Assembly (NCBI RefSeq): GCF_009834535.1
Contig: NC_045697.1
Location: forward strand, 76,570,001-76,634,000
Reading direction: 5' to 3'
Length of the DNA: 64,000 bases
Source: Camelus ferus
Lineage: Eukaryota
Shown here: piece after piece, positions 1-14,130 of the stretch
How positions within the stretch are numbered: the first letter of the stretch is position 1
Layout of the letters: each line of letters opens with the position of its first letter
Made by a program: the position numbers and the translations under genes
The notes under the pieces: generated by a model
Told to the model about the DNA's origin: nothing
What the model saw: the letters and a program-made list of their open reading frames with translations, nothing else
The model's database searches: none

Positions 1-135
1 TGAGGGGGGAGGGTATATAGCTCAGTGGTAGAGCACATGCTTAGCATGCTTGAGGTCCTGGGTTCAATCCCCAGTACCTCCTCTAAAAATAAATAAATAA
101 AACTAATTACCTCGCCATCCCCAACAACAACAAAA
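1..135 (+). mobile_element. Camelid tRNA-derived SINE (Vic-1-like)
   Basis: A-box tatagctcagtggtagag, B-box gggttcaatccc, A-rich tail. Confidence 0.9.
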
Positions 136-326
136 CAGATTGTCAAGTGGTATGACACTTACCTTGAAATTTAATTCTGCACTCAAAACTGCAACAGTAA
201 GTCAACTCTAGCAAAGGTGCGTTTTACTCTAAAGGTCATTGTACAATTTTTAAAAATTTGCATTCTTTTTTCTTAAATTCCCCCAATTTTAAACATCTCC
301 CTAAATATTAAGTAACAGACTCTTAC

Positions 327-394
327 CTTGGTTCTGCATGGAGTATTCTCAGTGATCACACTCTCAGTTTTATCTCTGATGGCTTCTTCTAAAC
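327..394 (-). CDS. ETNPPL: ETNPPL exon 12 (GLEEAIRDKTESVITENTPCRTK); the final exon lies outside the window
   Basis: 68 nt, gatatag/gtaaga; resembles the recalled human [23 protein letters not shown]. Confidence 0.93.
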
Positions 395-499
395 CTATAT
401 CAAGGAAGATACAATGGGTAAGACAGAAAAACATAAAAATCTTAAAAAAAAAAAAGCATTTTGGTAACTATAGGAATACCCTTAACAAAGAACAGAGTT

Positions 500-600
500 G
501 GGGGGTGGGTATAGCTCAGTGGCAGAATGCATGCTTAGCACGAACAAGGTCCTGGGTTCAATTTCCAGTATTGCCACTGAAAAAAATTTAAAAAATAAAT
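500..600 (+). mobile_element. Vic-1-like SINE
   Basis: Same A/B-box head and A-rich tail. Confidence 0.9.
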
Positions 601-747
601 AAACTTAAAAAATTATTATTAAAAAAAGAATAGACAGGTACCTGTGTTTTAAAAATGTCACTATTAAAATAGCTGCTTTTAAACTTTAAAAAAATTCTTA
701 ATTGAATTACATTTTTTAAAATTGAAAAATGAATGGTAGAGATGGCT

Positions 748-850
748 TTTATTTTTTTATTTTTTATTTTTTTTACTGGAGGTACTGCAGATTGAACCCA
801 GGACCTCACACATGCTAAGCACACACTCTATCACTGAGCTATACTGCCTT
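748..850 (-). mobile_element. Vic-1-like SINE
   Basis: Reverse-complement head gaacccaggacc...ctgagctatac and T-rich tail. Confidence 0.9.
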
Positions 851-1782
851 TCCTTAGACTTTCATTGTAGCGTTTCATCATTGCTGAAGCTATGTTAGCT
901 CTGCTTCACTTACTTTATTCAAAAAAAATTATTCAGCCCCACCATTAAAAATGCTCAAGCTCTGAGATGATTTTTAAGTAATAGTGACAGATTTGCACCA
1001 ACCCATACTCTCTTCCGCCTGGCCTTTCACAGGACCGGAGGAAACACAGGTGTGTGAGGAACACTGGCCAGGTTAGGGTGTGAGCGTATTCTTGGTCCAA
1101 AGACAGTGATGGTACTGCTAATAACTTGGGGCTGACTCTCAAGTTTCCAAATATTAATGATCTATGTTGTATGCTGTATGGATTCCTGGCTTATCAGCCT
1201 TTTCCTAACCCCAAGAGGCTGAAGAGGAGCAGAGAAGTAGGATCTTAAAAACATAACTAAAGCAACATCAAAAATACTCTAACATTTGACAGAGCTTTAT
1301 GTTTTTTCAATATGGTTTTACAAACATTGCTAACTTTACTTTCTAATCTCAATTTATGCTCATAACAGAAAAACAAATTAACCTAATCATTTAATGTAAG
1401 TAGACAAAAGATGAATTCCTATGACAGGCTATAATTCTGAATGACAAACAAAAGTCTTCAAAAATTAAATTGTAATAAGTGAAATATACACAAAGTCAAA
1501 TGATTCAGCATAAAGCAAATAACTGTTAACCCACAGCCAATAATTTTTATTAATAATGTTTCATATATTTTCATGATACAAAGCTGAAGGACTACACTGC
1601 CAGCATTTGTGGTGCAGAGCACAATAAAGACAGGCAGGTTTTTTTAAAAAGTGAAAATACGTAATAATATAAATGTACACATTCATTTCCACCCTCCTTC
1701 AACTGACACGAATAGCAAGACACACTGCTGTGCACGACCAGGGTAAGGGTTGGGCAGCGGGGGCGGGGGAGCTTCTACTTTA

Positions 1783-1977
<195 letters not shown>

Positions 1978-2166
1978 TCAGAAGGATGTGAACAGCAGAG
2001 CAGTTTAGTGTTTGCATGCAAGAAGCCCACATTTACAAATTGCTCAAACTTTTTAAACTTTCCTTATTTGGGGAGATGAGAGGAAATAAAGGAAGCATTC
2101 ATGTGGGTGGGCATCTTTCAAGCCGAGATACCAAATGAGATACCAAACAGGTGAGGGGTGCATTTA

Positions 2167-2319
<153 letters not shown>

Positions 2320-2877
2320 TCAGTTTGATTTGAAGCTGAATGTGATTCTCTTTAAAGCTTAATTGTTACTGATTCTAATTAATCCAAGGTACCAATCCAG
2401 TGTCTACAGGACTTCCTATAGTTTTTGAATCAAGCTAGTTTTTCCATCCTTTTTTTTCTCCAGTTAATTATAAAAGAAAAAGGCTTAAAAACAACATTGT
2501 CATGTTATTTAGCGTCTCAGGACACTCGTGATGATAAATCTCTAATGTCTATACGTATACTTATATGAAAAATACCGAGTTTTCTTAGATGTCATTTTAA
2601 ATAATTCTTCATAGATCATTTAGAGTTACTTTAAGTTCCTTCTTTTCATCCTTTAGCTGCTGAGATTATCCCGGCTTTATTTTTTCAAAAAAGTATAAAA
2701 GTCAGGAGAGATATATACCCAAATTTAATGGTGGGTTAGATATAGATACCTGGGTTCTGGATTAAAGATGAGGGTTGTTTTTCGCTTTTCAGTGTTTTCT
2801 ACATTCAGTTTATAAGATAAAATATAATCAATTTTCATTTGGACAAATGACTACACGACAACTCCATGGTAAATCTA

Positions 2878-3072
<195 letters not shown>

Positions 3073-3228
3073 TTAGTGGTATTGCTTCATTTATGAGAAA
3101 TTTGGCTTATACATAAATAAAGATATAATTTTAATAAAATTTTCCCTTGTTAAGGGCACTAAGCGATTAGTTCCTTAGATTTAGAATATAGCGTGATTCT
3201 ATTCATTTAGGATTGAGAATGTAATTCC

Positions 3229-3232
<4 letters not shown>

Positions 3233-3288
<56 letters not shown>
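3233..3288. repeat. (TA)~28 microsatellite
   Basis: Direct reading. Confidence 0.98.
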
Positions 3289-3289
<1 letters not shown>

Positions 3290-3953
3290 TGCATAACTGG
3301 TATGAGGGACTATTGGGGAATTTATTAGTTCATCCAAACCAAAACCAGACATTGTGTTGGGAATTAAGGATTTCAGAGTGTGGTTTAGTTAGGGGGATAT
3401 GGGTTTCAGCCCTTGAATAGCTGTGTGAAAAAAGTTAAGCAATGACATTTTCTCCAAATAATTTATGTCCTTAGATTTGAATCTTACTTTTAGCTGTTAC
3501 AAGCCCTAGTCTACATACTGCAAAAACGATAATAATCTTTCCAAGCTTAAGGCTTATAACTTTTGTGGGTAAAACCAAGGAAATAAAATTTCTCAAAGAT
3601 AGAAATTTAGTATCTCCTATGACAGTCATGTAACATTTATAGTATTGAATCATCTAAACACTTTAGAAGGGTTTTGGGAATTTAAATGTGATACAAAACA
3701 AAAAAGATCATATCATCTGTTAATGAAATATCCTAACCTCCAGAGTTTAGCAGGGCAGCCATCTATCATTGGAACAATGAATAGAAACAGGAAAGATACA
3801 CAAGGAAAAGTACAAGAATTGTGCCAGATAGAATGAAATATGGCTAGAATCAACATTTGGCTAGGGTCTTAGGGTGGTTATCTGGCAATAATGAAATTTA
3901 TTCTTTACTACATTGGCAAGAAGAACACACATTATTTTTCCATCTCAGCATTA

Positions 3954-4220
<267 letters not shown>

Positions 4221-4784
4221 CTAATGGCTTCAGGCTCCTGAGAGTCCCCAAACCCTCCCACAGAGATACAGATTATTGAGGACTTAAAAAAATGCTGTTC
4301 ACCTGAAGTCTGTAATCTTTGTTACAAACATTTCAGTGTTCAGATCCCCAATGACATCTACGTGATGCCACTGACTTTGCAATACAATCACTTCATTTCT
4401 AGATTAGATATATTCAACATTGTTTGGGTTTGTGCTGCTTAAATAAGCTCTACTGCAGTATTTCAAGTGGGAAGAGAAAGAAGTGAACAAGAAGTAGTGT
4501 TTAGCAGGGTTAATCTTCAAATTTTCACTAATTAGTAAGGCTTGGACACCAACCAATCAGAGAGATGCCAGGTGTGTAGTGGAGCAGAGTCCTGGAGGCC
4601 CCTCTGCTGGGCCATGTGCAAACCCTTTACTTGCTGGACCTTGGGAAGGAGGAGGGGTTCCAGGAGTCCTGGGGGGCAGGCACTCAAAAGTGGCTATTTA
4701 CCATCCTGTCTGGAAGGACTTCAATATTTTAACAACCAGGATGGCCCTACAGAACTGTCACATTGCCTTCAGTTTGATCAAGGA

Positions 4785-4916
4785 NNNNNNNNNNNNNNNN
4801 NNNNNNNNNNNNNNNNNNNNNNNNNNNNNNNNNNNNNNNNNNNNNNNNNNNNNNNNNNNNNNNNNNNNNNNNNNNNNNNNNNNNNNNNNNNNNNNNNNNN
4901 NNNNNNNNNNNNNNNN
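4785..4916 (-). other. ETNPPL: Assembly gap (132 N) expected to contain the 83-nt ETNPPL exon 7 (IAAFIAES...KVAE)
   Basis: Exon 7 is not found elsewhere between exons 6 and 8; exon 6 ends in phase 0 and exon 8 starts in phase 2, which fits an 83-nt exon; a CTAAT branch-point-like motif abuts the gap on the minus strand. Confidence 0.7.
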
Positions 4917-6202
4917 ATTAGGTCCCCCTCCCATATCTCCTAAAAAAGAGGACTTCTTAGAGAGCAAGTGATTTAAAAAATGGTTGGGAATGGACCTGTG
5001 GCAAGAGGCAAACTGGCAATTTGATTAAAAAGAAAAGAATAGATGTCTGTGCTGAAAAAGCAACTGATCCGAGGCATTAGTTTCCGAAATGTTAGGGTAC
5101 CAATGAAACCACCACGAGAAATGGTGGAGACGGTGCCTTCCATTTCTCCGTAATTAATTTAAATGCAGTGTGTTCATTAGGATCAACTGAATAAGACTGA
5201 TGTTTTGATCAGTCTTTGATATGAACTTCTAAAAAATTACCCAGGTTCTACACTTACTACTGTAGTGCCTGTTTCCTCAGCTTGCTGAATTAGGGCTGCC
5301 CGAGCCCAGAATTTGCACCAAGGAGATAGGACAGTGACTTGTGGCCACAAACCTTAATTATTATGCTGTATTTCTGGTTCTTGCCCTGAACCAGGCTTAA
5401 CTTACAGAATTAGGCAATTCACAGTAGAACTACTTTGTTCTAGAAAGAAGAAAATAGAAAACAGGTAATGCTAAATTAAAGAGGGAAAGCATAGACACAG
5501 TATGAGGTAAGTGGTCAAGAGAACCAAGGTTCTAGTCTAAACTACGTCCATTAAGATATGCAAAACAAATGGGATGGGAAGAAAAAGAGCAAACAGTTAA
5601 GAAATGCAAAGACTCTCCAGTCATTAAGATAGAAATATTTGAATCAGAAAACACAAAGTCTTCATTTTTATCTCAGTTAAGATTTTTTATTGCCATGTTG
5701 ATGCAATAAGCCAGTTTAAAGGCAAAGCATGTGTCAAATCACATTCAAACTCTGAGTAAGTAACCCCTAAATGGGCTGAATATTTAACGTTAAGCTGTAG
5801 ACAGTAGGGCGAAGACTGAGAAAATGGAAACTCTTTTTCCTATTTAGGAGGATTCCGGTTTGTCTTAGAAGCAGGCCCAGGCTGGAAGAACATTTTCCTA
5901 TCTTGGCTTACTCAGGCTGCATGGCTTCAGGAAAGCTGAACCGGTTCTAGGGAGGTGTCAAGGCTCCCCGGATCTGGGAGCCTGCACTGGTCCTAAGACC
6001 CCAGGGCCACTCTGCCTCTTCCCTTTCCCACCTTGTATTAGCCCCCATGCTACTCTCAGTTGGAATTTTGTCTTTTTTAATCCTCTCCCCCATCCCTTTG
6101 GACCAGAGTCTGCCTCCCACTGGGAAGGTCAGCATTAGACCACCAGTTCTTGAACGGGCATAGTAATTGCATTTCCAGGATAAATTAAAATAGATGGTCT
6201 TA

Positions 6203-6502
<300 letters not shown>

Positions 6503-7378
6503 TCAAAAGTAACAGTGTCTCATGATTTGTCTCTTGGACAAATGAGCTTTTTAAAAAAGGCACTTCCCCGCAAGAGCGTATCAGAAAGATGACCTGGGGA
6601 TTTAAGTGACTCTAGGTTCTTTTGCTCTTTTTCCTTAACATTTCTCAATTCTGTGAGAATTGATATCTTTGTCCCAAGAACAGGAGCTTAGATTTGCTCC
6701 TAGACTCTTATAAGTGAAGACTGCATCCCTGTTCACATAAGGAACAAATTCAAACAAGTGTGATTTTATTATTTGAAAATTTCAATGAATGGGAACTACT
6801 AACTATCCTAAATTAAAAATAAACCAACACTTACTAACTATATAGCAGGCTGTACTCATTCAGAAAACTAGAGTGCTTTGGCACTAATTTCAGATCTTAA
6901 AATTTTGGAGGAAAGTATTAATAATTCTCTTTAAAAAGTCTACTGATCCTTAATTAAGCCAAATGAGTTTTACTGGTTCAACTATTTGATTGATTTCTTT
7001 ATTTTATTTCATTTACGATTTACTTTACTTAATAAATCTATATAATTTAGCAGAGAGTAATTTAATTTTAAGACAGTCACACACACTTGATGCAACTCTG
7101 AATTTTGACCTGATTTCAGTGATAGAAAAAGTAATTAAAGATCAAGGGGCCAGAAAAATAAAATGATAGCTGTAAATAACTGCTATTGCTACGACTATAC
7201 TGATTTGCCCATTATGATACTCATCGATGAATTTCAAACCACCTCCTGTCATTAACTAGCTCTTTGACTATAGCACGCCACACAACTGCTCTAGATCTGA
7301 GTTCCTTTTCACGGTTTCATTTCAATGAAAGCACTGGACTGGATTACCATTAGGCACTCTTCTAGTCCTAACATTCTA

Positions 7379-7585
<207 letters not shown>

Positions 7586-8007
7586 TCAACATTGGTGCCA
7601 GATTTAACTATATGGAAGCTAATATTTCATAAGTCTGGCCATTAATTTGTCCAGCTCTCCCGATTCATGTAATAAAACACATAGAAATCCAAGTATGTAT
7701 CCCCATAGACAGCTACTTTTCAGCAGGGAAAAAAACTTAATTTCTTTGGATTGTATTAGATATGCTAAATTAGATTATCTAAATGTAAAAAAAATTATTT
7801 TCTATAGCTTCATGAGAAACTTATCTATGTATTCTTTAAGTGTATTTGATAGTTACATTCTAGTAAGTTTTAAAAACAACTTTATATCATGGAATGGGCT
7901 GTGTTTCTGCTTGGGACGGTTTCTAAAAGATGTCCAGTTGCACATATTGGGCAAATGCAAGTTGGTCAGGAACAGGAGGAGTCTTTTCAAAAAGAAGGAA
8001 GATTGAA

Positions 8008-8110
8008 GGGGTGGGTATATCTCAGTGGTAGAGCATGTGCTCAGCATGTGCAAGGTCCTGAGTTCAATTCCCACTACCTCTATTAAAAACAAAACAAAAC
8101 AAAACAAAAC
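8008..8110 (+). mobile_element. Vic-1-like SINE with (AAAAC)n tail
   Basis: A/B boxes and tail. Confidence 0.9.
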
Positions 8111-8906
8111 GAAAACTGAATGGTGATCAAGTGGCTAGGAAATTCCTTTCTCTCACTTAAAATACAGGTGGCTATGATATTCTCTTTTACGTGTCTTGCT
8201 CAGAGGTATATAATTGGAAGATCTGGAAAAGAAATTATAAATGGCCCATGAACAGATAAAGCAAAGAGGGAGGACTTCCCCTACTATAAATTAAAACATG
8301 CTACAAAGCCATAATAATGAAATTAGTATGGTATTGGAATAAGAACAAAGAAATGACTGGGATAGCAGGCGAACTCAGAGACACAGCCATGCATAATGGT
8401 AACACAGTGGCCTCCAGGTGGATTCAATATGAGGAGTTATTATAAAAGTAGTGGAAGAAAATGAGGAAGAACATCTTTCTGATCTGGGGGCTGGGAATGG
8501 GTGTCAAGGAGAGAGATATTAACAAAACTTAGAAAATGCAAAACATGAGATGAAAATGGCAACAATTTGATTTAATCAAATGAAAGATTTTTGTTGAAGG
8601 ATATCATGAAGAAAGTTAAAAGACAGATGATAGATTGTGAAAAGATATTTGAAATGCCTCAAACTAAAAGTAAAACCTGCTTCATGCAGAGCCCATGAAA
8701 CCATGACCACAGCACCCAAAAGAGCCTCCAGATACTTGGGGTGTCCTCCAGGCCTGGGCTGGCCTTGAAACCTTAATACATAATAAAAACCCTTGTGCCA
8801 TATACCCAGCCTCCTCCAGATGTGCTTATGGTATTAGTCAGATAGGATCAACAGACTTTCATCTCTGAAAGAGCTTCCTGCTTTGAAGCTTTGTGTCCAA
8901 GACTTA

Positions 8907-9047
<141 letters not shown>

Positions 9048-10543
9048 CTATTTACCAAAGTTGAGGATTCTAATTATTTAGGGCTAGATAAAGAAATAAG
9101 TTGAGGTCCTCTCTTTCCCCTCAATCTTGCCCACCCAGATATCTCACTTCATCTTTCTAAGCCCCCTAGATGTCTTCAATGAACAGTGAGACACAGAGAG
9201 AGCTCCATACAAATTTGAGGATATTATGCTTATTTTAAATTCTAGCCCAATTCAGCCACGTTGGTAGGTGACTAACTTTGAGGAGACCAGGAAGCCTGAT
9301 CTCAATGGGAGGAATGGGAGTATGAGGGCCCAGTAACCTGGCTACTAAACTATGCTATCCTGACCCAGTACATGGTTAGTTCCTTATTTATAAAATGAAG
9401 ATCATAATTTTTCTATCTGGATTAAGAGAGTTTAAATAATCATTTGTGGAATGTTTAGTACATCAAAAATCATACTGAGTGTTTTGCTTTTATTTACTTT
9501 CATAACTACACTGTAAGGCAAGTTTTGCCATCTCCTTTCTATGGGTGAAGAAACAGCCTCAGAGAGGTTAAGTTGCCAGAATAAGTTCTCACAGCTAAGA
9601 AGAGGTAGAGCCAGCATTCAGACTGACGCCTGTTTAACCTCAAGGTTATTCCAGCCTTTATCACCTCCAGTCTTGGGTGACAGTATTCTCTAAGGCTAAT
9701 CTCTCTTTGACAGTATAGGTTCTTTAGAAGTGAAAGTCAAATATTATGATATTTAATGTACTGAAAGCAAGAGTGCTTTAGAACAACACATTAGATCCTA
9801 AAATATCTTAATTCTTTACAAAGAAAAAAGAACGATCTTCTGTTTACAAATTTGGTTTTAAAATATTTCATTGAAAAGAGAAAAGTGAACCACAGAATCA
9901 TGTAATAGAACATCTGCAGAATCTCTAATAGTTTTAGTACATATGTACATATGTATCATTTTAAAATGAGCTTATGCTGTATATACAGTTTTCCTCCCCG
10001 TATAACATTGCACTGTGAGCTTTTCTATAGATACAGATATTCTGTATCTATATGGATAAAGAATAATTTAAATTTACAGAATTTAAAAGTTGTGACATAT
10101 CTATTCACTTAAATTTACTCCTTCCTCCCTCGTGTTTGTGTTGGGAAAATACATTTAATTGCCTAAGGAAACAAATCAATTAAAAATCTTACAAAAGTTA
10201 TATAGCTTGTTTAGTAGAGTTCTTTCTTTGCTTAAATTCTTCATTTCATGCTTTGAAAGAACTATCTAGGTTCATCTAGAGTCCTTAGCTATTTACCATT
10301 TGACTAGCCAGGTTTTCTCACGTGGTTACAACCCGAGCATCTATCCTTTAGGGATACTTAAGGGTGTGCTTTCCCCATCTTTCATTAAGGAAGCCAAGGC
10401 AATTAACAGTTGAGTGGTGTGCACTTGTTAACCGTCAGGCTATTATTTTAGTCTGTGTCGAGAGCCCCGGAACATGCTGTCAGTGTCTTACTACAGCGGG
10501 CTGGCGGACCAGGGCAAGAGAACCAGAAAGGTCAGGTCCCCTA

Positions 10544-10849
<306 letters not shown>

Positions 10850-11046
10850 TTAGAAGACAAAAGCCCCCCAAATGAGTCACAATTCTAAATGCCTGGGAAG
10901 TGAGGGAGATTCTGTAGCAAAGAGGAAAAAAAAAAGTTGATCTTTCTTGTTCCTCTCCACATTTCGCTCTAGCTCGTCCCTGCCTAGGACTATGGGTCCC
11001 ATTCAGCCAAGTAATGCAGCCACTGCAATTCCTGAGACAAATATTA

Positions 11047-11283
<237 letters not shown>

Positions 11284-13469
11284 TCAGTGAAGGTCACGAT
11301 CAGTGGAAAATTACAATTACATAAAGGAAAGGGAAAACACAACTGAGGTGGCATACTTTTTTTTTTTTTTTAATTTCATATTAGCCTAGAACCTTTTACC
11401 TTAATCCCCCATCCATGACACTGCTCACATGTCATGCTTCTTGTATTAAATTTGCCATGATTTGACAACTCTTTTTGGAGATCTGTGGATCAACTCTGAC
11501 AGCTGTAATTACACAAACCAATAACCAACTTGCCTCTGGGAAACTTTGTTCTACCAGGAAAAAACCCAAACTTTTTCTTTCTTTCTTTTCTTTTTTTTTT
11601 TTTTAAGGCTTACTATGTGTAAGAACTGCCAGATATTACAAGTATTATCTCATTTAATCCTCCCAACAATAATATATAATAGGAGTTATTATTATTCTTA
11701 TTTTCATAAGTGAGGAAAACTGAGGTACAGAAAAATGAAGAAGCTTGATCAAGGTTACACAGAGAATAAGTGAGAAAACCAGAATTGAAAGTAGACTGTC
11801 TTAAGCTATAGCCCAGAATACAGCTTGCTTGCTAATCTAATCTAATCTAATCTCTCCCTCTAATCGAATTTGTAAAGAAATGAATAGGACTAAAAGCTAA
11901 ATACAAATAACTCAGTCTTAAGTACTATGCAGGTGATTTTACAGATCATTTTCATGTCTTTAGACTGGTACTTGTCTTGCATCAAATGGATTTTCCATCC
12001 TTAAATAATAAAATCCAATTATTCTTCTAACCCTTTAACCCAGTCTTTTGAGCATATAATAAATCATTCATATTTTTGGTTATTTGGATGGTTGTCTGGA
12101 GTATAAATTTTAGCAACATAGAAACATCACAAAGATTTCTGAATTGGGCTCTATGCACATTTAGAAACTAAAACAAAATTTATTATTTTTATTTTGGTGA
12201 TGTTGCATAACACATGCACTGGAGGTAGTTTACAAGGTAATTAGATACTTATACATTAAATGAATATGCAAATGTTTAGAAGGTATTGTGATTATTGTGA
12301 CTAGGTAATCTTGAATTTTAAAACTAAGATTAAGCTAAACTAACCTAAACTAAGATCAGCTAAAATGAAATTAATGTTTAATGAGATTTTCTTATTGGTT
12401 CAAATTCAGCTGTTAGTTTACACCTATAAGTTAAAATCAGAAAAACCCTGTGCTGTGAACATGGGCTGAAGACTGCAGCTTTCACCGTGTCTCCTTGTTA
12501 GTGTACTTTCCACCTCGCCACTCAGACTTCAGGTAAAATTCTTTCGGTCAGTCCTTGGCTACCTTTCCTCCTTTCACAGAATTTGTTCTGCTCACATCAG
12601 AAATCATTAGGCTTCCACTGGAATTTAATCACATAGGATTGAAAGCGAACAGAAATGAGTGGTGATTACGTAAGGGTGAGGAGGTGATCGGGTAATGAGG
12701 AAGGAATCTGACACTATTGCCGGGTTGACAGAGATTTAACTAGCCTCCTACACCTCCTGGAACCTCCTGGAACCTCCTGGGTTGACATTAGGAGATCAAG
12801 TCCTCATAAACCGCCCAGCATTGCTCCGAAGAGGCGCCAGGGTATCATTTTCTTTCTTAAGCACTACCCCTCTCCCGGCCCGCTCCCCGCAGTCCTCTCT
12901 CGGGCCCACTGCTGCAGCTCTTGTTAGTCACAGGTAAGTACTGGAGTGGCTAGGGGTCGCACGTGGCCGCAGCTATTTACATGTAACTTTTAAAAAGCCA
13001 GATCACACGTATTAATCTCACTTGCTTGCTCTTGTGAAGTAGAATGTCATTCCTCCTTTCCTAGAAGAAATTAAAGTAGCTTGACAGAGGTCACAAGGTA
13101 ACTGGACACGCTACTAGGACCACAGCCCAGGTGTCACTTCAGGTTCGGCCCTGTACTCACCAGTATATTACTAAGTCGTTTATAATACGAGCAAAACAAA
13201 GCAGACCGGAGAGAACACTTTAAACTGAAGTGACGGCACAGATGGGCAGACCAAGGTAAGTGGCATCTCACCCTTAAGTAAGTGGTTTCAAAGTTTTTTG
13301 TTTGTTTTGTTTTGTTTTTCAAACTGGCTGGATTAACCTTTTACTTCTTAACCAGGAGTGCAAGAAGAAAAAGTTCACTTTAAACAAGAATTGTCAGAAT
13401 TAGTTTTCATAGTCATCGTCAAAAATATTTCTGAGTTCATACTTTTGAAAAACTTTCTTGTTGGCGGGA

Positions 13470-14130
13470 GTGGGAGAGCTACCCGTGGCTCTCCTCCCGT
13501 GGCTATTTCAGCCTCACGGTCAATCCCCCCAGCGGGCCGGCAGCCCTCACCCGCTCCGGGGGCTGCAGAGCGCGCGGACCCGGCGGGAGCGGGCGGGGAG
13601 GCGGCCCCCTTGGGCGGAGGAGCGGCGGGTCTGACCGCCCGGGGGCAACCGCCCACCCGGAGCCTCCGCGCGCCGCCGGCTCGCCCGCCGGCTCCCCGCC
13701 CCGCTTCAGCTCTCCGCCCCCTGCGCTGGTGATCCCCTCTTCTCTGTGCCTTTCCTCAGGGCTGGGGAGCCCTTACCCGATGTGCTTCCTCCTCAGCGCC
13801 AGGGTGTCTTGCTTGCTGTACAGCTCGCTCATGGTGGCGGGGTGCCGGGCGCTCCGGGGGTCTCCCCTCTCCAGTCCGTGCGCCTCAGCGGCGGCCCTTT
13901 CCTCCAGTTTTCCCTTGTTGGGTTCCCTCGCCCTGGGCGTCGGAGGTCACCCGCGGCATCAACTAGCTAGGGTCATCCTCCTTTTAAAGCCCAGCCCTGC
14001 CTTTGCCCTTCGCCAAGCCCCACCCTCCTCGTCCCCTCCTCCGCCCGCTGCCTGCCTGGGGAGGCTCTGGGCTAGCCACTCGTTCGCCACCCACCGCCGC
14101 CCGCAGGCTAACTGGCTCCGGTTCTTCCCT
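13470..14130. promoter_or_regulatory. ETNPPL: ETNPPL promoter/exon 1/intron 1 CpG island with GC boxes and a TATA-like TTTAAAA (minus strand, 13982-13988)
   Basis: Dense CpG and GGGCGG/CCGCCC motifs around the start codon; TATA-like element ~150 nt upstream of the ATG. Confidence 0.85.
13777..13832 (-). CDS. ETNPPL: ETNPPL coding exon 1 (MSELYSKQDTLALRRKHIG)
   Basis: GCCACC-ATG Kozak context; 56 nt; GG|gtaagg donor; matches the recalled human N-terminus MCELYSKRDTLGLRKKHIG. Confidence 0.97.

Noticed and set aside
1-135. tRNA-like A/B boxes suggesting a tRNA gene
   Set aside because: Part of a dispersed SINE family with A-rich tails and TSDs; no complete cloverleaf
12721-12787. Triple 10-mer acctcctgga flanked by repeated gggttgaca
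   Set aside because: A short slippage duplication; not CRISPR-like and no functional motif supported
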